Shown piece after piece: positions 1-11,565 of a stretch of 64,000 nucleotides of DNA. The first letter of the stretch is position 1, and each line of letters starts with the position of its first letter. A program made the position numbers and the translations under genes. The notes under the pieces are model-generated. The model searched no databases and was not told the origin of the DNA. It was given only the letters and a program-made list of their open reading frames with translations. The stretch is from Rebecca billardiae RCC1528 (taxonomy: Eukaryota; Protista; Haptophyta), in the NCBI GenBank assembly GCA_965240325.2, contig OZ251235.1:434001-498000 (forward strand). Direction: 5' to 3'.

Positions 1-3000
1 CCACGGCCGCGGGCGCGCACTCCGCCTCCGCGTGCGCGCGCAGTGCGCTGAGCGCCGCCAGGGCGTGCAGCCGTGTGCGCGGGCTGAGGCGCAGCGGCGG
101 GGCGGCGGCGGCGCGCGCGGCGGCGGCGGGGCCCGCCGGCGCAGGCGCCGCCGCCGGCTGCGCGCGCCTGCTCGGCAGCCGCGTGGGCGGCATCGCCGCG
201 CGCGCCGCCTCCGCCTCCGCCTCCGCCTCGGCCGCGGCCGCGGCCGCCGCGCTCGGCAGTGGTGTGTCGGCGGCGGCGATTGCCCTGCAGATGTGCACGG
301 CGCCTCTCTCGCGCAGCCGGTCGAGCATGTGCGCGCGCGCCTCCGCGTCCTCCACCGCCTCGGCCAGCGCGGCGAGCAGCCCGAGGCTCAGCTCGGCGAG
401 GGCGCGAGCCGTGGCCCCCGGCGCGCCCGGCGCGCCCGGCGCGCCCGGCGCCGCGCCGCGCGCGCGCTCGGCCGCGCCGGACGTCTGCGGCTGCGGCTGC
501 GGCTGCGGCTGCGGCGCGGGAGCGGCCGCGTGCGCGCGCGCCCAGTCGAGGAGCGCGAGGCACGTGTCGCCCACGCCCGCGAGCGCGAGCTCCGCCGCCA
601 GCGCGCGCCGCTGCGCCTCGAGCCGCTGCGCCTCCGTCGCACTCAGCCGAGGCGACGCGGCGGCGCCGCCGCCGCGCGACGTGCCGAGCTGGGCGGCGTC
701 GGCGGCGTCGGCGTCGGCGGCCTCGGCGGCGCTGCGGCCGCTGACGAGCTCGGCGAGGAGCAGCGCGGCCATGCACGAGGCGCGCGCGCGCGCGGTGGGC
801 GCGTCGCCCTCCACCGGCTCCGCCACGCCGCTGCCCACGCCGCCGCCGCCCCCCGCGCCCGCCGCCGCGCCCACCGCCGCGCCCAGCGCGTCGACGGCGG
901 CGGCCACCACCCCCGCGCTCACGAGCCGAGCGCGCCACGCGCTGTCGGCCTCGGCGGCGCAGGCCCACAGCACGCAGAGCGCGCGCGAGCCGTCGGCCGC
1001 GGACGCGGCGGAGGGCGGCCGCGCCGCGCGCGCCCCCTTCCCGCCCCTTCCCGCCGCGGCCCCGCCGCCGCCCTCCTGCGCCGCGCGCGCGCTCCGCAGC
1101 GGCCTCAACAGCTCATCCAAGTGCGCGCGCGCGGACACGCACGGAGTGCCGTGCGACGGTTCTCTCACGGCGGCGAGGGTGCCCGCGCGCGCGGGCGGCG
1201 GCGGCGGCGCGGTGGCGAGCGCGACGAGCGCGTCGAGCACGAGCGCGGCGCACTGCTCCACCGCCGCCGCGTGCCGCAGGTGCGCGCTCGCCGGCAGCAG
1301 CGCGTCCGGCTGCACCTCGGAGCGGGCCTCGTCGTGGGCCGGCGCGCCGCCGCCCGCGCCGCCGCCCGCGCCGCCGCCCGCGCCGCCGCCCGCGCCGCCG
1401 CCGCCGCCGTCCGCGTCGCCGCCGCCGCCGCCGTTGGATGCGGCGTTGGCGTCGGCGGCGGCGGCGGCGTCGGGCGAGCGCGAGGCGGCGGCGGCGACGT
1501 TCAGCGCGCGCCGCCAGCCCACCGACGCGCCGCCGCCCGAGCGCGCGCCGCCCCTTTGCCTCGGCCCCGCCGCCAGCGCCGCCCTCGCCCCCTCAAGAGC
1601 AGACAGCAGCTCAGCGTGCCGCGCGCACGCGGCCGCGCGCAGCTCGCGCGCTGTCTCGGGCTCGGCGGGCTCGGGGGCGGCGTGGGCGGCGTCCGCCGGC
1701 GTGGCGGGCGCGTCGGGCCGGCTGGCGCCACCGCCGCGCGCGCCCTCGTCCGCGCCCTCCGCGCCCGCCGCGCCCTCCGCGCCCTCCGCCTCCGCGTCGG
1801 CGGCGCGCGCCGCCAGCGCCGCGAGCGCACCCGCCATCTCTTGAGCGGCGGTGCGCGCGCAGTGGCAGACGGCCAGGAGCGCGGAGACGTGCATGGGCAG
1901 CAGCGCGGCGGCGGCGGCGGCGCTCGCGTCGAGCGTGAGCTCGAAGAGCCGCGAGCCCTTGTGCTGCTCCGCGCGCCGACGCGCGCCGCCGCCGCCGCCG
2001 CCCTCCGCGCGCGCCGCCGGCTCGGAAGCATGCTCGGAGGCAGCGCTCACCGCTGCCGTGAGCTCGCGAGCGCGGGCGCACAGCGCGCCGACGGTGGCCG
2101 ACGCGGCTCCGAGGCGCGCGCGCGCGTCTGCGCCGGGCGCGTCCGCGCCGGCCGCGCCCTCTGCCGCGCTCGGCGGCGGCACGCGCACGCCCACGTGCGC
2201 GGCGACGCACGCTGCCCTCTCAGCAATCTGCGCCGACCGGAGCGAGCCGGCGGGCGCGGCGCGGGGCGCGCTGCCGAGGGCAAGGGCGCTGATCAGGTGG
2301 CGCGTGCGCGCCGAGAGCGTGAGCGCGGCGGTTGGCTCGCGGGCGGGCTCGGCGGGCTCGGCGGCGAACGCCGGGGCCGCCCCGCCACCCGCCGCCGCCG
2401 CCGCCACAGCGCGCGGCGGCGCCAGCCTGATTACTCGCGCGTCCGCGCCGCCGCCGTGCGCCGCGGCGTGGCCGTCGGCGGCGAGGGTGATCGGCTGGCC
2501 GCCCGCCCAGCGGGCGTGGGCGCCGAGCGCGGCGGCGAGGCGCCAGAGCGCGCCGAGCGCGCCGAGCAGCGCGCACGCGCTCGCGTCCGCCGACGCCGCG
2601 CCCCCCTGCGCCAGCGCGCGCGCATGCCCCTCGCGCGCCACCGCCTCCGCTAGTGCGACCACGCGCGCCAGGCGCGCGTCCGGCGCGCCGATCGGCTCGG
2701 CCGGCCGAGTGCCCGCCGCGTTGGCCACGCCGACGGCGGTGAGGAGCTGGACGGCGGAGGCGTGGGAGAGCGAGTCGAGGAGGCACGCGCCCGCGCGCAC
2801 GGCGCGCGCGCGCGCCGACGCCGCCGTGTGCGCCGCGCTGAACGCATCGGCGAACGCGCGCGCGCCGGCCGCGCTCAACACGTGCACGCACGCGCACGCC
2901 GCGCCCGGCGACAGTGCGCTGAGCGCGCCGAGCGCGCCGGTGGCGAGGGCGACCTCGGACTCGGCGCCCGCCGCCGCGGTCGCCGCCGCCTCGCGCGCGT

Positions 3001-4924
3001 GCTGCGCCGCGGCGAGCGCGCGCCGCAGCTCGCTCAGCTCCGTCGCGTCCGCCGTGCGCGCGCGAGGCGAGCTGGCGCCGCCGTCGGCCGCGCCGCCGCC
3101 GCCAGCCGAGCCGGCGCCGCCGCGCTCGGCCGCCGAGCTCGCGCGCCGGCCGGAGCGCTCGCGGCTGTGCGGCGCGGCGCGCTCGGCGGTGCGCGGCATG
3201 CGCACCGCCCTGAGCGCGCGCGCCGTCGGCGCGAGCCTCAGCACGGGCGCGAGCGTGCGCACGCCCCGGCTGCCGCCGCCGCCGAGTAGCGCGCCGCCGC
3301 CGCCGCCGCCGAGCAGCAGCGCACCTCCAACGCCCGACTCGGGACCGCCGACGTCGTCGTCGTCGTCGGACGAGGAGGAGGAGGAGGGCCCCGCGGCGGC
3401 GAAGGCGGCGAAGGCGGCGGCGCTGGCGGCTGAGGCGAGGCTGGCCGACAGCTTCGTCCCCGCGCCGCTCGCACCGCTCGGCTGCCGGTCCGGGCGCGGC
3501 ACCTCGCCCTCATCCGCGCCGACGCCTGCCGCGTCCGCCGCCTCGGCGGCCGCGGACGCCGCCGCCTCGGCCGCGGCGCGGGCGGCGGCATCGGCGGCGG
3601 CCGCGGCGGCCGCGGCGGCCTTGACCTGCGCGGCGGCCGACTCCTCCGCGCGCCGCGCGTCCGCCTCCATCGCGCGCAGCTCCAGCGCCCGCGTGCCCGC
3701 GTCCGAGAGCTCGGCGAGCAGAAGGCGCGCGCACAGCGTGCCCGCGGGTGGCGATCGCGCGCCAGATGCGCGCGCGCCCGCGACGACGGACGCGCGCCGG
3801 CCGTTGAGCGAGGCGGTCATGCTCGCGCGCGCGTACGGGCTCGCGCTCGCCGCGGCCGCGACGGCCGCCGCGCGCGTGCTCTCGTCGTCCTCCGCCGTCA
3901 CGATGGCGAAGCCGAGGCGCGCAGACCTCGCCCACAGCGCGCGGTGCACCAGCTGCAGTGGCAGCAGCCGCGCGGCCGCGTGCGCCGGGCCCTGCAGCGT
4001 GGGCAGCGCGGCGCAGCAGCCGGCGATGATGGCGCGCGTGAGCGCGGGGCTGAGCACGTCGGGCCGCGCGGCGAGCAGCTGCGCGAGCGCGCCCGCCGCC
4101 GCCGCCGCCACCGCGCCATCCGACGAGCGCAGCGCTCGGCGCGCGAGCACAACTGCCGTGCCCTCCTCCAGCACCGGCGCATTCGGCGGCCACGCGGCGA
4201 GCGCCCAGAGCTGCAGGCAGAGGCGCGCGCCCTCGGCGGGCGAGACGAGGGCCGGCCGGCCGGCGCCGAGCGCGTGCCGCGCGCGCGTCGGCGACGCCGG
4301 CGTCTCCGCGCGCGAGTCGGCCGTCGCTGCCCTCTCACTGTTCCCATCATCCGTGCTGCCCAGCTGCGCGAGCAGGGCGAGACGCTCGATGGCGAGCTCG
4401 CGGGCGCGCTCGCCGCCCTCCTCCGCGAGGCGCTTGAGCTCGTACGCGTCGGACGACGGGCCCAGGTCGAGCCGGCGCAGCGCGAGCGCCGCCTCCGCCG
4501 CGAGCGCGCTCGCCGCGCGCACGCTCGGCGCGCGCTGGTGTCGCCGCCAAACCTCCAGTGCGCTCAGGAAGCTCTCGCCGTCGCCGATGGGCAGCGCGCG
4601 CGGCGCGGCGGCGAAGGTGACGTGCGGCGATGCGGAGGCGTCCAGCCCGTCCGCACCCGCCTCGCCCTCCGCCTCTGGCCCGGGCGCCACGCCCGCGGCC
4701 GCGGCGCCGTGCTCGACGTCATCCGGAGGCAGCTCGAGCTCGAGCGCGCTCACGCTGCGCAGGCCGAGGGTGCACGCGAGGTCGTAGCGCACGCGCTCGA
4801 GGTCGAAGGGGGTGGTGAGCGTGCGATGCACCTCGCTCCTCGAGACGCCGTCCGCCCACCGCCCCGCGCGCCGGAAGACGACGGTAACGTGGCGCGGCTG
4901 GTGGTGCTCGGCCGGCGTGGCCAT
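1..4924 (-). CDS. Large (>1600 aa) Ala-rich protein of unknown function, possibly ARM/HEAT-like helical; 3' end lies outside the window
   Basis: ATG at 4924 (MATPAEHHQPRHVTVVFRRAGRW...). The minus-strand frame reads as natural protein (e.g. RALAELSLGLLAALAEAVEDAEARAHMLDRLRERGAVHIC) in the segments translated. The + ORFs 32-2653, 75-1844 and 1851-4787 are its shadows and keep a consistent phase. Internal introns not excluded. Confidence 0.7.
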   Translation of the reverse strand, partial: MATPAEHHQPRHVTVVFRRAGRWADGVSRSEVHRTLTTPFDLERVRYDLACTLGLRSVSALELELPPDDVEHGAAAAGVAPGPEAEGEAGADGLDASASPHVTFAAAPRALPIGDGESFLSALEVWRRHQRAPSVRAASALAAEAALALRRLDLGPSSDAYELKRLAEEGGERARELAIERLALLAQLGSTDDGNSERAATADSRAETPASPTRARHALGAGRPALVSPAEGARLCLQLWALAAWPPNAPVLEEGTAVVLARRALRSSDGAVAAAAAGALAQLLAARPDVLSPALTRAIIAGCCAALPTLQGPAHAAARLLPLQLVHRALWARSARLGFAIVTAEDDESTRAAAVAAAASASPYARASMTASLNGRRASVVAGARASGARSPPAGTLCARLLLAELSDAGTRALELRAMEADARRAEESAAAQVKAAAAAAAAADAAARAAAEAAASAAAEAADAAGVGADEGEVPRPDRQPSGASGAGTKLSASLASAASAAAFAAFAAAGPSSSSSSDDDDDVGGPESGVGGALLLGGGGGGALLGGGGSRGVRTLAPVLRLAPTARALRAVRMPRTAERAAPHSRERSGRRASSAAERGGAGSAGGGGAADGGASSPRARTADATELSELRRALAAAQHAREAAATAAAGAESEVALATGALGALSALSPGAACACVHVLSAAGARAFADAFSAAHTAASARARAVRAGACLLDSLSHASAVQLLTAVGVANAAGTRPAEPIGAPDARLARVVALAEAVAREGHARALAQGGAASADASACALLGALGALWRLAAALGAHARWAGGQPITLAADGHAAAHGGGADARVIRLAPPRAVAAAAAGGGAAPAFAAEPAEPAREPTAALTLSARTRHLISALALGSAPRAAPAGSLRSAQIAERAACVAAHVGVRVPPPSAAEGAAGADAPGADARARLGAASATVGALCARARELTAAVSAASEHASEPAARAEGGGGGGARRRAEQHKGSRLFELTLDASAAAAAALLPMHVSALLAVCHCARTAAQEMAGALAALAARAADAEAEGAEGAAGAEGADEGARGGGASRPDAPATPADAAHAAPEPAEPETARELRAAACARHAELLSALEGARAALAAGPRQRGGARSGGGASVGWRRALNVAAAASRSPDAAAAADANAASNGGGGGDADGGGGGAGGGAGGGAGGGAGGGAPAHDEARSEVQPDALLPASAHLRHAAAVEQCAALVLDALVALATAPPPPPARAGTLAAVREPSHGTPCVSARAHLDELLRPLRSARAAQEGGGGAAAGRGGKGARAARPPSAASAADGSRALCVLWACAAEADSAWRARLVSAGVVAAAVDALGAAVGAAAGAGGGGGVGSGVAEPVEGDAPTARARASCMAALLLAELVSGRSAAEAADADAADAAQLGTSRGGGAAASPRLSATEAQRLEAQRRALAAELALAGVGDTCLALLDWARAHAAAPAPQPQPQPQPQTSGAAERARGAAPGAPGAPGAPGATARALAELSLGLLAALAEAVEDAEARAHMLDRLRERGAVHICRAIAAADTPLPSAAAAAAAEAEAEAEAARAAMPPTRLPSRRAQPAAAPAPAGPAAAARAAAAPPLRLSPRTRLHALAALSALRAHAEAECAPAAV

Positions 4925-5064
4925 CGCTTCCCACTGTGGGTAGTAGTATGACGTTACAAACTGCTCGCCGTACATTCGCCGTCGGAACTCGGAGCAGGAT
5001 CATCATAACTTGACCAATAATTCTATGATTTAAAGACACAGGCGCATTCTACTACCTGCTAGTA

Positions 5065-5126
5065 GCACTGCCGCCGACGAATCAGGAGACCCGCGTCGTC
5101 CTACCTGTGTCGTTAAATCATAGAAT
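5065..5126 (-). repeat. Dispersed 62-bp element, family B (ATTCTATGATTTAACGACACAGGTAGGACG...GGCAGTGC)
   Basis: Reverse complement matches 35744-35805 at 59/62. Partial copies at 5020-5042 (inverted relative to this one), 5130-5147 and 44085-44109. Confidence 0.85.
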
Positions 5127-5850
5127 GAGTATGATTTGACGACACAGCTGCTACGACAAGTCCAAAGGAGTGAAAGGACGACCAAAGGACCCGATCAAAT
5201 CAAAGAATGATGACATCCGGACCTGCACCCTCGCCCTGGCTCGCGGAGCGTTGCGCTAGCTGGCCAAACGCGAAGGACCCAAGCTGCAGAAATCATGCAC
5301 TTTTGGTGCTGGGTAAATAATTACATTCAGAGAACTTTAGTTACATGGGAGTAGAGCGTGGAACATTTCATTTTGAAAAGCGAGAGAGATGCTCATCTGA
5401 TGAAAAGAAGCGGAACCGTGTTTGTCCAGCTGGCGCGAAGCCCCTGGGCCGACTGACAACAGGAGTCCACTACGACTACGAGCCGCGGGCCCGCTGCTCA
5501 ATAATTCAGCAGTCGTCATCAATAATTATATCGGTGTGTGTGTGTGTGTGTGTGTACGTATAATGGTAGTCGTTACTATATATATATATATATGATCGGC
5601 TACGCCGATCTTCGGGTAGTGAACAACGAAGTTGAGGGCGCACGGCCCTATGTACAGAATATCACAGTTGCATAAACTCACAATCACAGCATGCCTACCA
5701 GAATACGTGTAACCGTACTCGCGGTTGTACTTGTAGTCGGCGTCGCGAGTTCACCAATGACCGAGCAGGCAGCCAATACACGGCACGATTAGGCCCGCGA
5801 CCAGCCTCGTGAGCGCGACCGAGCCAGAGGTGGTCGGCGGCATCGAACCC

Positions 5851-6295
5851 CACCGCGCTCGCTCGTCGAGCTGCGCACGGGTATCGGTGCGCGCGCGCCA
5901 ACGCGGCGCGCCGTGCTCGCGCCCGGCGGCTGCACTGAGTGCACACCTGCCGTCGCGCGCACGGGCGCGTGATGGACCGAGGAGGTCGCGCGAGCATGCG
6001 CGATGTGTCTGGATGGAGCGTGTAGTAGGTGTAGGCTGCGCTCCGCACGCGCTCCACCCCGATGCACCGCGTCTCTCCATACGCGTCGAAACACACCGCG
6101 CTCGCTCGTCGAGCTGCGCACGGGTATCGGTGCGCGCGCGCCAACGCGGCGCGCCGTGCTCGCTCGCGCCCGGCAGCTGCCGAAACCTGCTCGCGCGCGC
6201 ACGCGCGCGTGATGGACCGAGGAGGTCGCGCGAGCATGCGCGATGTGTCTGGATGGAGCGTGTAGTAGGTGTAGGCTGCGCTCCGCACGCGCTCC
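5851..6295. repeat. Tandem duplication of a ~205-bp segment (period ~240 bp) in a decayed gene-like region
   Basis: 5851-6055 is nearly identical to 6094-6295; the ORF 5695-6300(-) repeats RVRSAAYTYYTLHPDTSRMLARPPRSITR. Confidence 0.85.
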
Positions 6296-7781
6296 GCCAC
6301 CGTGCACCGCGCTGCCCCTCGTCCACGCGGTCACCGCCGAGCCCGAATTCTGAACGCGTGCGTGAGCCCCCCGGAGCGCGCCTCCGAGCAGCAGTCGCAG
6401 CCATCGTGTCGAAGGCGTGGCGAGAGGAAGATGGCAAGTAGCGCGATGATGCACCATCTCGTCGCGCCCACGGGCAGCGCGCGGTGCGCGCCTTCGCGCC
6501 TCGAGAAGGCTGCCGAGCCGAGCCGTGCCGGCCTGCCGCGCTCGATGCGCGCGTCGAGTCGCGCGTCCACCACCGTGATGAGCACGGATGAGCGCGCGCA
6601 GCCGTGTCGTAGTTCAGGTGGGGTCCCCCGATCGCACGCACCACAGCGCCGCCACGTCTGCACCCGCCTTGTGGCACCACGCGGGGGCACGCGCCGGGCC
6701 GCGCAGGCAGCACAGCAAGCACGGCTCGACCGGCAAACGGTCAGCGCGCGGCGAGGGTGGAGTCACTCAGTGACTGACCGTGGAGTCCGGTGAGGGGCGA
6801 CCGGGGTGTCCGGCGCGACGGAGGTGGTCCACGCCGTGGTCGCCGACGCGTTCCTCACCACCTCCGAGGCCGTGGTGGCCGCCCGGGAGAAGGAATGCTC
6901 CCCGTCGCACCGCGCCTGTGCAGTGCAGCACCCCGCATTGCCAACCGCAAGCAACGAGCCGTGCCTCTTCGGCCTTGGGCCGTGCGTGCCTCTTCGACGT
7001 CCAAATCACGTTTCAGTTGAAGATCTCTTGATTCTAGTCACCGATAAAATGTTAACCAAGTGTGCACGTTAATAATAGTAAACTGTACTTTACTTCGCGG
7101 GCCACCCGGCACCCAGTGCGCACCCACTTGGGTATTTTGAGCGCCTTCCGGCTTTAAAAGATATTACCCATGTATGAATCAAGGGTAATCAAGGGGCTTT
7201 TAACAAGGGGCTTAACGAGTTAACGGCCTTAACCTGATGATATCCGCCACTGAGAAGCGACGGTTCATGAATCATGACTTCAGATGCCGGCATAATAATT
7301 CTTTACTTCAAGCGACATAAAATCTGACTCAACCTCTCTTTTCTATGGTTGGCGAGCTGTTTCAGGCTCTTACAATTCAAGCATCTTACTATGACGGAAT
7401 GTTCGAACACACGGCTGGTGTTATGTGCTATTCCACCCGGCATTCCCCTAAGTGTTACTATCGTTAAAATTAGCATCTACTACAAACGCAATCATTGGCA
7501 GCGAAATCCACTCATACGTACGGTAAGGCCACCCACAAAAATCCCCAAAATCCTGCGCGCATCCTCTTTTTGATTTTGCGGAGCACGTGCGCCGCCCCCC
7601 CCCCCCGGCTTTCGCTTACGCTCAGACCTTTCGGGGGGGGGGGGGGGGGGGGCGTGCGCCATTAATACTATAGTTACATATATATATATATGTATATTTA
7701 CTATGGCGATGTGTATATGGGGTATATTCGCCGCGCAGCATCAGATCGATAATGTGAGCGTAGTCATTCCGAACATCTGAA

Positions 7782-8723
7782 TCACACGACAGGACATGGC
7801 ACGTGTGTCGCAAGTTTGGCGAGAGCGTTAAACCTCCAACGCTCGATTGGTGGCCCGCGGCCAAAGGCCTGGGGATTCACCAGCGGCACCATCCCCTGGG
7901 TGTCACCATCGGCACAAGCCGATGGCAAGCGGGTGAAGCACGGCGCAGGGTCGCCGGCGACCGAGTTGCGAGCGCTCATACCGGTGCACAACTTCGCCCA
8001 CAGCCGCGCACGCAGAGCTGGGAGCGCATGGCGTCTGCACAAGTACGCCTTCTTCGCGGTCAGGACGAGGAGGGCCATGCCCCGCTTGCCCTTTGCCCGC
8101 TGCAGGAAGGGCCCAAGAGCCTCGTCCACGCCAGGCCATTTGTAGGCGCCAACGTCATCGACGACGAGAACGCCGCGGGAGTCCAACACCGCCTCGCCCA
8201 GCTGCAGGTCCGACATGGTGCAGTTGTACGTGTGGCAGCCATCGATGTGAAAGAACTTGAACGGCCTCCCCCCTCCGAGGCTCATGACGTCCTGAGGGCG
8301 AAGCTCGATCGAGTTCGCCTGTTGAACGACCATCTGTGCCAGTTTCTCCGTCTCGCCCTGGAACACCTTGCGCACATTCCTCTCAAATATCGGGCGGGAC
8401 CCTCGGCCCGACCTGTCGTAGTTGTGCGCCTGGTCCTCGAAGACGTCGAGTGCGACGACGGGCTGCCCGGGGGGAGCGGAGCGCAAGAGGTGCACGTAGC
8501 TTGCGCCCATGTGCACGCCGATCTCAGCGATTGGGCCGACATCGCCAGCGCCTTGCATCCCAGCGAGGATGGTCTCGAAGATCTTGCGATCGACTTCCGC
8601 GAACCAGCCTGGGAGCGAGTGGGCTAGCTCTTCGTCGAACGCTCTCGCGGCCGGGAGCATGATGATGCCGACGGCCATGCACACGACGGGCCCGCACGCG
8701 CGCCCAGCTCCACGAGAGCACAT
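7782..8723 (-). CDS. Class I SAM-dependent methyltransferase (Methyltransf_24-like), intronless
   Basis: Motif I AEIGVHMGAS, VALDVFE, FHIDGCHTY, GVLVVDD, WPGV. First ATG at 8723, alternative 8678. Confidence 0.85.
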   Translation of the reverse strand: MCSRGAGRACGPVVCMAVGIIMLPAARAFDEELAHSLPGWFAEVDRKIFETILAGMQGAGDVGPIAEIGVHMGASYVHLLRSAPPGQPVVALDVFEDQAHNYDRSGRGSRPIFERNVRKVFQGETEKLAQMVVQQANSIELRPQDVMSLGGGRPFKFFHIDGCHTYNCTMSDLQLGEAVLDSRGVLVVDDVGAYKWPGVDEALGPFLQRAKGKRGMALLVLTAKKAYLCRRHALPALRARLWAKLCTGMSARNSVAGDPAPCFTRLPSACADGDTQGMVPLVNPQAFGRGPPIERWRFNALAKLATHVPCPVV

Positions 8724-9973
8724 GTGCTCTCGCAGCGCCCGTCCTCGCCCCCCCAGTCCCCACCGTCGCCACAAACGTCGCAGACCCAGCTCAGACCCCC
8801 TTTAATTGGTTGTGACGTACTGCTGTCCAAAGTAATATCGGAGTAGGAATACGAAGAATGGGGCCTCAAACTTTTTTTGATTAGACACGCCTCGGGAATC
8901 GAGAACGCATGTCGTTACCTTTTTGAGCGCGCCTCGGTAGGGACGTCGTTGCGATTCCCACCTATTATTTGTTGACGCTTTTCTATGACCATCCCTCCCT
9001 TGATCCGCTCCCAAGTTGAGGAACCGCGACGAGAGCTTTCGCCGCCGCGCCGCGTGCGCTCGGCACACACGATTGAGTATGACGGAACGAGCTCAGCGCG
9101 CTGCTGCAGGAGGTGAAGGCCACGCGCGACACGCAGAACGGCGCTCAGCCGGCGTGGCTCGACGACGCTGCCGGCACTCGCGCTCGCACTCGCACACACG
9201 TGTGCGACGAGGATCCAGCGCCACAGATGCCATCGTCGGCGTCGCGAGGTACTGCGCCGGCCTGGCGGAGATCCAGCGGCACGTGGCGGCGATCAAGCAG
9301 CCGCAGCCGCATCAGACGACATGCACGAATGCCCTCATGGAGAAGCTCGTACCACAAGCCTACCATAATAAGCCACCCGCTCGCCGACTTGCCCGACTAC
9401 TCCTACTCGCGCTGGCTCGTCATCAACGGGCGCGACCTTCGTTCCCCGCGCGCACGCGGCTCGCGGCGCCATTGCGGAGGTGCGTGCCCGCCGGCGCGAG
9501 CTGCACAACACAACATGCACACCGACGCGAGCCGCTCGTACCACGTCATGCCCGACGGGCCGTGCTCAGAGACGGCTGCAAGTCTACGCCATGCAGTCGG
9601 TTGTGCCCTGGCGCCGCTCGCCCCGCGCCTGCAGACCCAAGACCGGTGGGCCATCCGCGGTGCGTGCCGTTGCCGCGCCGTCGTGCCCGAGCGGCCGTGC
9701 GCAGCGACGACTGCATCGACGTGCGCCTCGCTGTGCGCCTCGGTGGGCTGCGTGCAGAACCGCGGTGCGGCGGTGCCGTGCCGTGCTGCCGCGCCGCGCG
9801 CGCGCGCCTGCGGCGCGCCACCGGATGATACCGTTATAGTCAGCGCTGAACGGACAACTCGTCCCATCGTCGTCGGGTCTGCCGGCCCTAACCAGCTTCT
9901 CCGTCGCGTCCTAGACGCGCTGTGTTCGACTACCAGCCCCGCACCGGGACAAGGCCGCCAGGCCCCCGCAGTT

Positions 9974-11055
9974 TTCTCACAACTGGTCGGAATGATTGTG
10001 TTTTGAGAACCGAGATCTGGCCCATATTCGCTCCTGCCTATTGAAATTGACCGGCCCGAATTCTTGGTTTCGGGGACGCAATTTCGTATGTGCCGCTTCG
10101 TGCCGATCCACGTACAAAAATCGGGGCTCCGGCGTTTTCGTACAGGCAATCGCGGGCAATAAGGAGCTGTCACGTTATGAAACTCGGGCTTCCTATCTGC
10201 GGATCTAGCCTAGAAACTGAGACTAGCGATTGGCTGGTTCGCTATACGCATAGTCACACTAAGAAAGCGGGACTACGCCGTCGCGGCTGACGAGTGGTCC
10301 GCCGAGGCGCAGTGCCCGTGGGACGCTCACGCGGCGCGCGGCCCGACTCTACTGTACGAGTACAGGCTGCCAAGTCCCGACTTCTCCTGATGACTGACTC
10401 CTGGCCAGTGCATCGCAGCATCCATGCGACATCATGCCAGATTTGCTCCAAAATGGCCCAAAACTTTTCTTCGGCCTCGCCGGCCTGGCCTAAACGGACT
10501 CAGCGGGGGGCCCAGCCCCCCTGCGCCCCCCGCGCCTGCGCGGCGGGCGGACCTAGCTAAGAAACTCAGACTCCGTAGGCGCTCGGGCTACTGTACCGAA
10601 CGGCTAAGAAACCGAGACTAGCCGTGAGATCTCTGACTTCTTATTGCCCGCGATTGCCTGTATGTCAGGCGCGGAATTCGTATGTGCCCGGCCTCCGTGA
10701 GCCCGTCTTGTCAGCCAATGGGAGCGTCCGCCTTGTCGTGGGGTTCGTCGGCAGCGAGTGGTGGCTCAGAAGGTTGCAACCAATGCAACAGACGGTCGCG
10801 GTTCAAAGCTCCACGATGGCGGCGGACGCCTCCGCTCAGAAGGTCGCAACATCTCTGAACACATACGAATCTCGTCGGAACAAAAAACAAGACATAGGGA
10901 ATTGGGCGCGAGCCACGGGGCTACATACGAAAATGAAGGGTCGCAGACGGCCACGAAACACCAGGAAACGAAGATTTGCTTTCCTCTAATCGCAGATAGA
11001 GCCCAATTTCCAGACACGCAGATCTCAGCGTGCAAATTCCGACCAGTTGTGAGAA
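9974..11055. mobile_element. Old non-autonomous inverted-repeat element (~1.1 kb)
   Basis: Perfect 20-bp inverted repeat TTCTCACAACTGGTCGGAAT at 9974-9993 and 11036-11055, with further diverged inverted blocks inward (GAGATCTG, TTTCGTATGT). Confidence 0.55.
10143..10660. mobile_element. Tc1/mariner-type MITE (518 bp) nested in the older element
   Basis: TA|CAGGCAATCGCGGGCAATAAG ... CTTATTGCCCGCGATTGCCTG|TA: perfect 21-bp TIR starting CAG, flanked by TA on both sides; no coding capacity recognised. Confidence 0.7.
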
Positions 11056-11419
11056 TCATTGTACTATTAATGAGCGCGTGATGATCGTCCTTTGTCGGGA
11101 GGGTACCGGAATAACGATGAGTAAAAGTCGCGTAAAGAATAACTCTGCTACTGATGTTACACTTTATGACCGCGTTCCGCGGTCCTTTTCTGCATAGAAT
11201 CAACGCAGTTGGGGGCCCGCGGTGGCCGTGCAATCGCGGCTCTCCGCCGTAGTGGCAGTTCGCCAGTTGAAGTCGGTTCTGAGATGACTGAAGCTATATT
11301 AGTCCGACCGTCGCCCTGCCTGCGCGACCGCGAGACTCATTCACACTTCACACAATCACAGCAGCGGACCTGAGACCGCACCCGGCACCGGTCGTCAAAT
11401 CGGACGTCCGTCTGACAAC

Positions 11420-11565
11420 TAGCTGCCAAATGTCCAACTGGCTGATCAGCTCGGATCCGACCCGTCCGCGATCGTGCCATCGGCATCGGAATTACTACTA
11501 GTAGCTGCCAAACTGTGTCCAACTCTGGCTGATCAGCTCGGATCCGACCCGTCCGCGATCGTGCC
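11420..11565. repeat. Short direct duplication (~60 bp x2)
   Basis: TAGCTGCCAAA...CTGGCTGATCAGCTCGGATCCGACCCGTCCGCGATCGTGCC at 11420-11478 and 11502-11565. Confidence 0.85.

Noticed and set aside
32-4787. Long + strand ORFs (873, 589 and 978 aa)
   Set aside because: Arg/Ala/Ser-rich shadows of the minus-strand gene; stop codons are rare in very GC-rich DNA.
9016-10006. Overlapping + ORFs with protein-like patches (HPLADLPDYSYSRWLVING)
   Set aside because: Patches switch frames and no family is recognisable; possibly a decayed gene, but not supportable.
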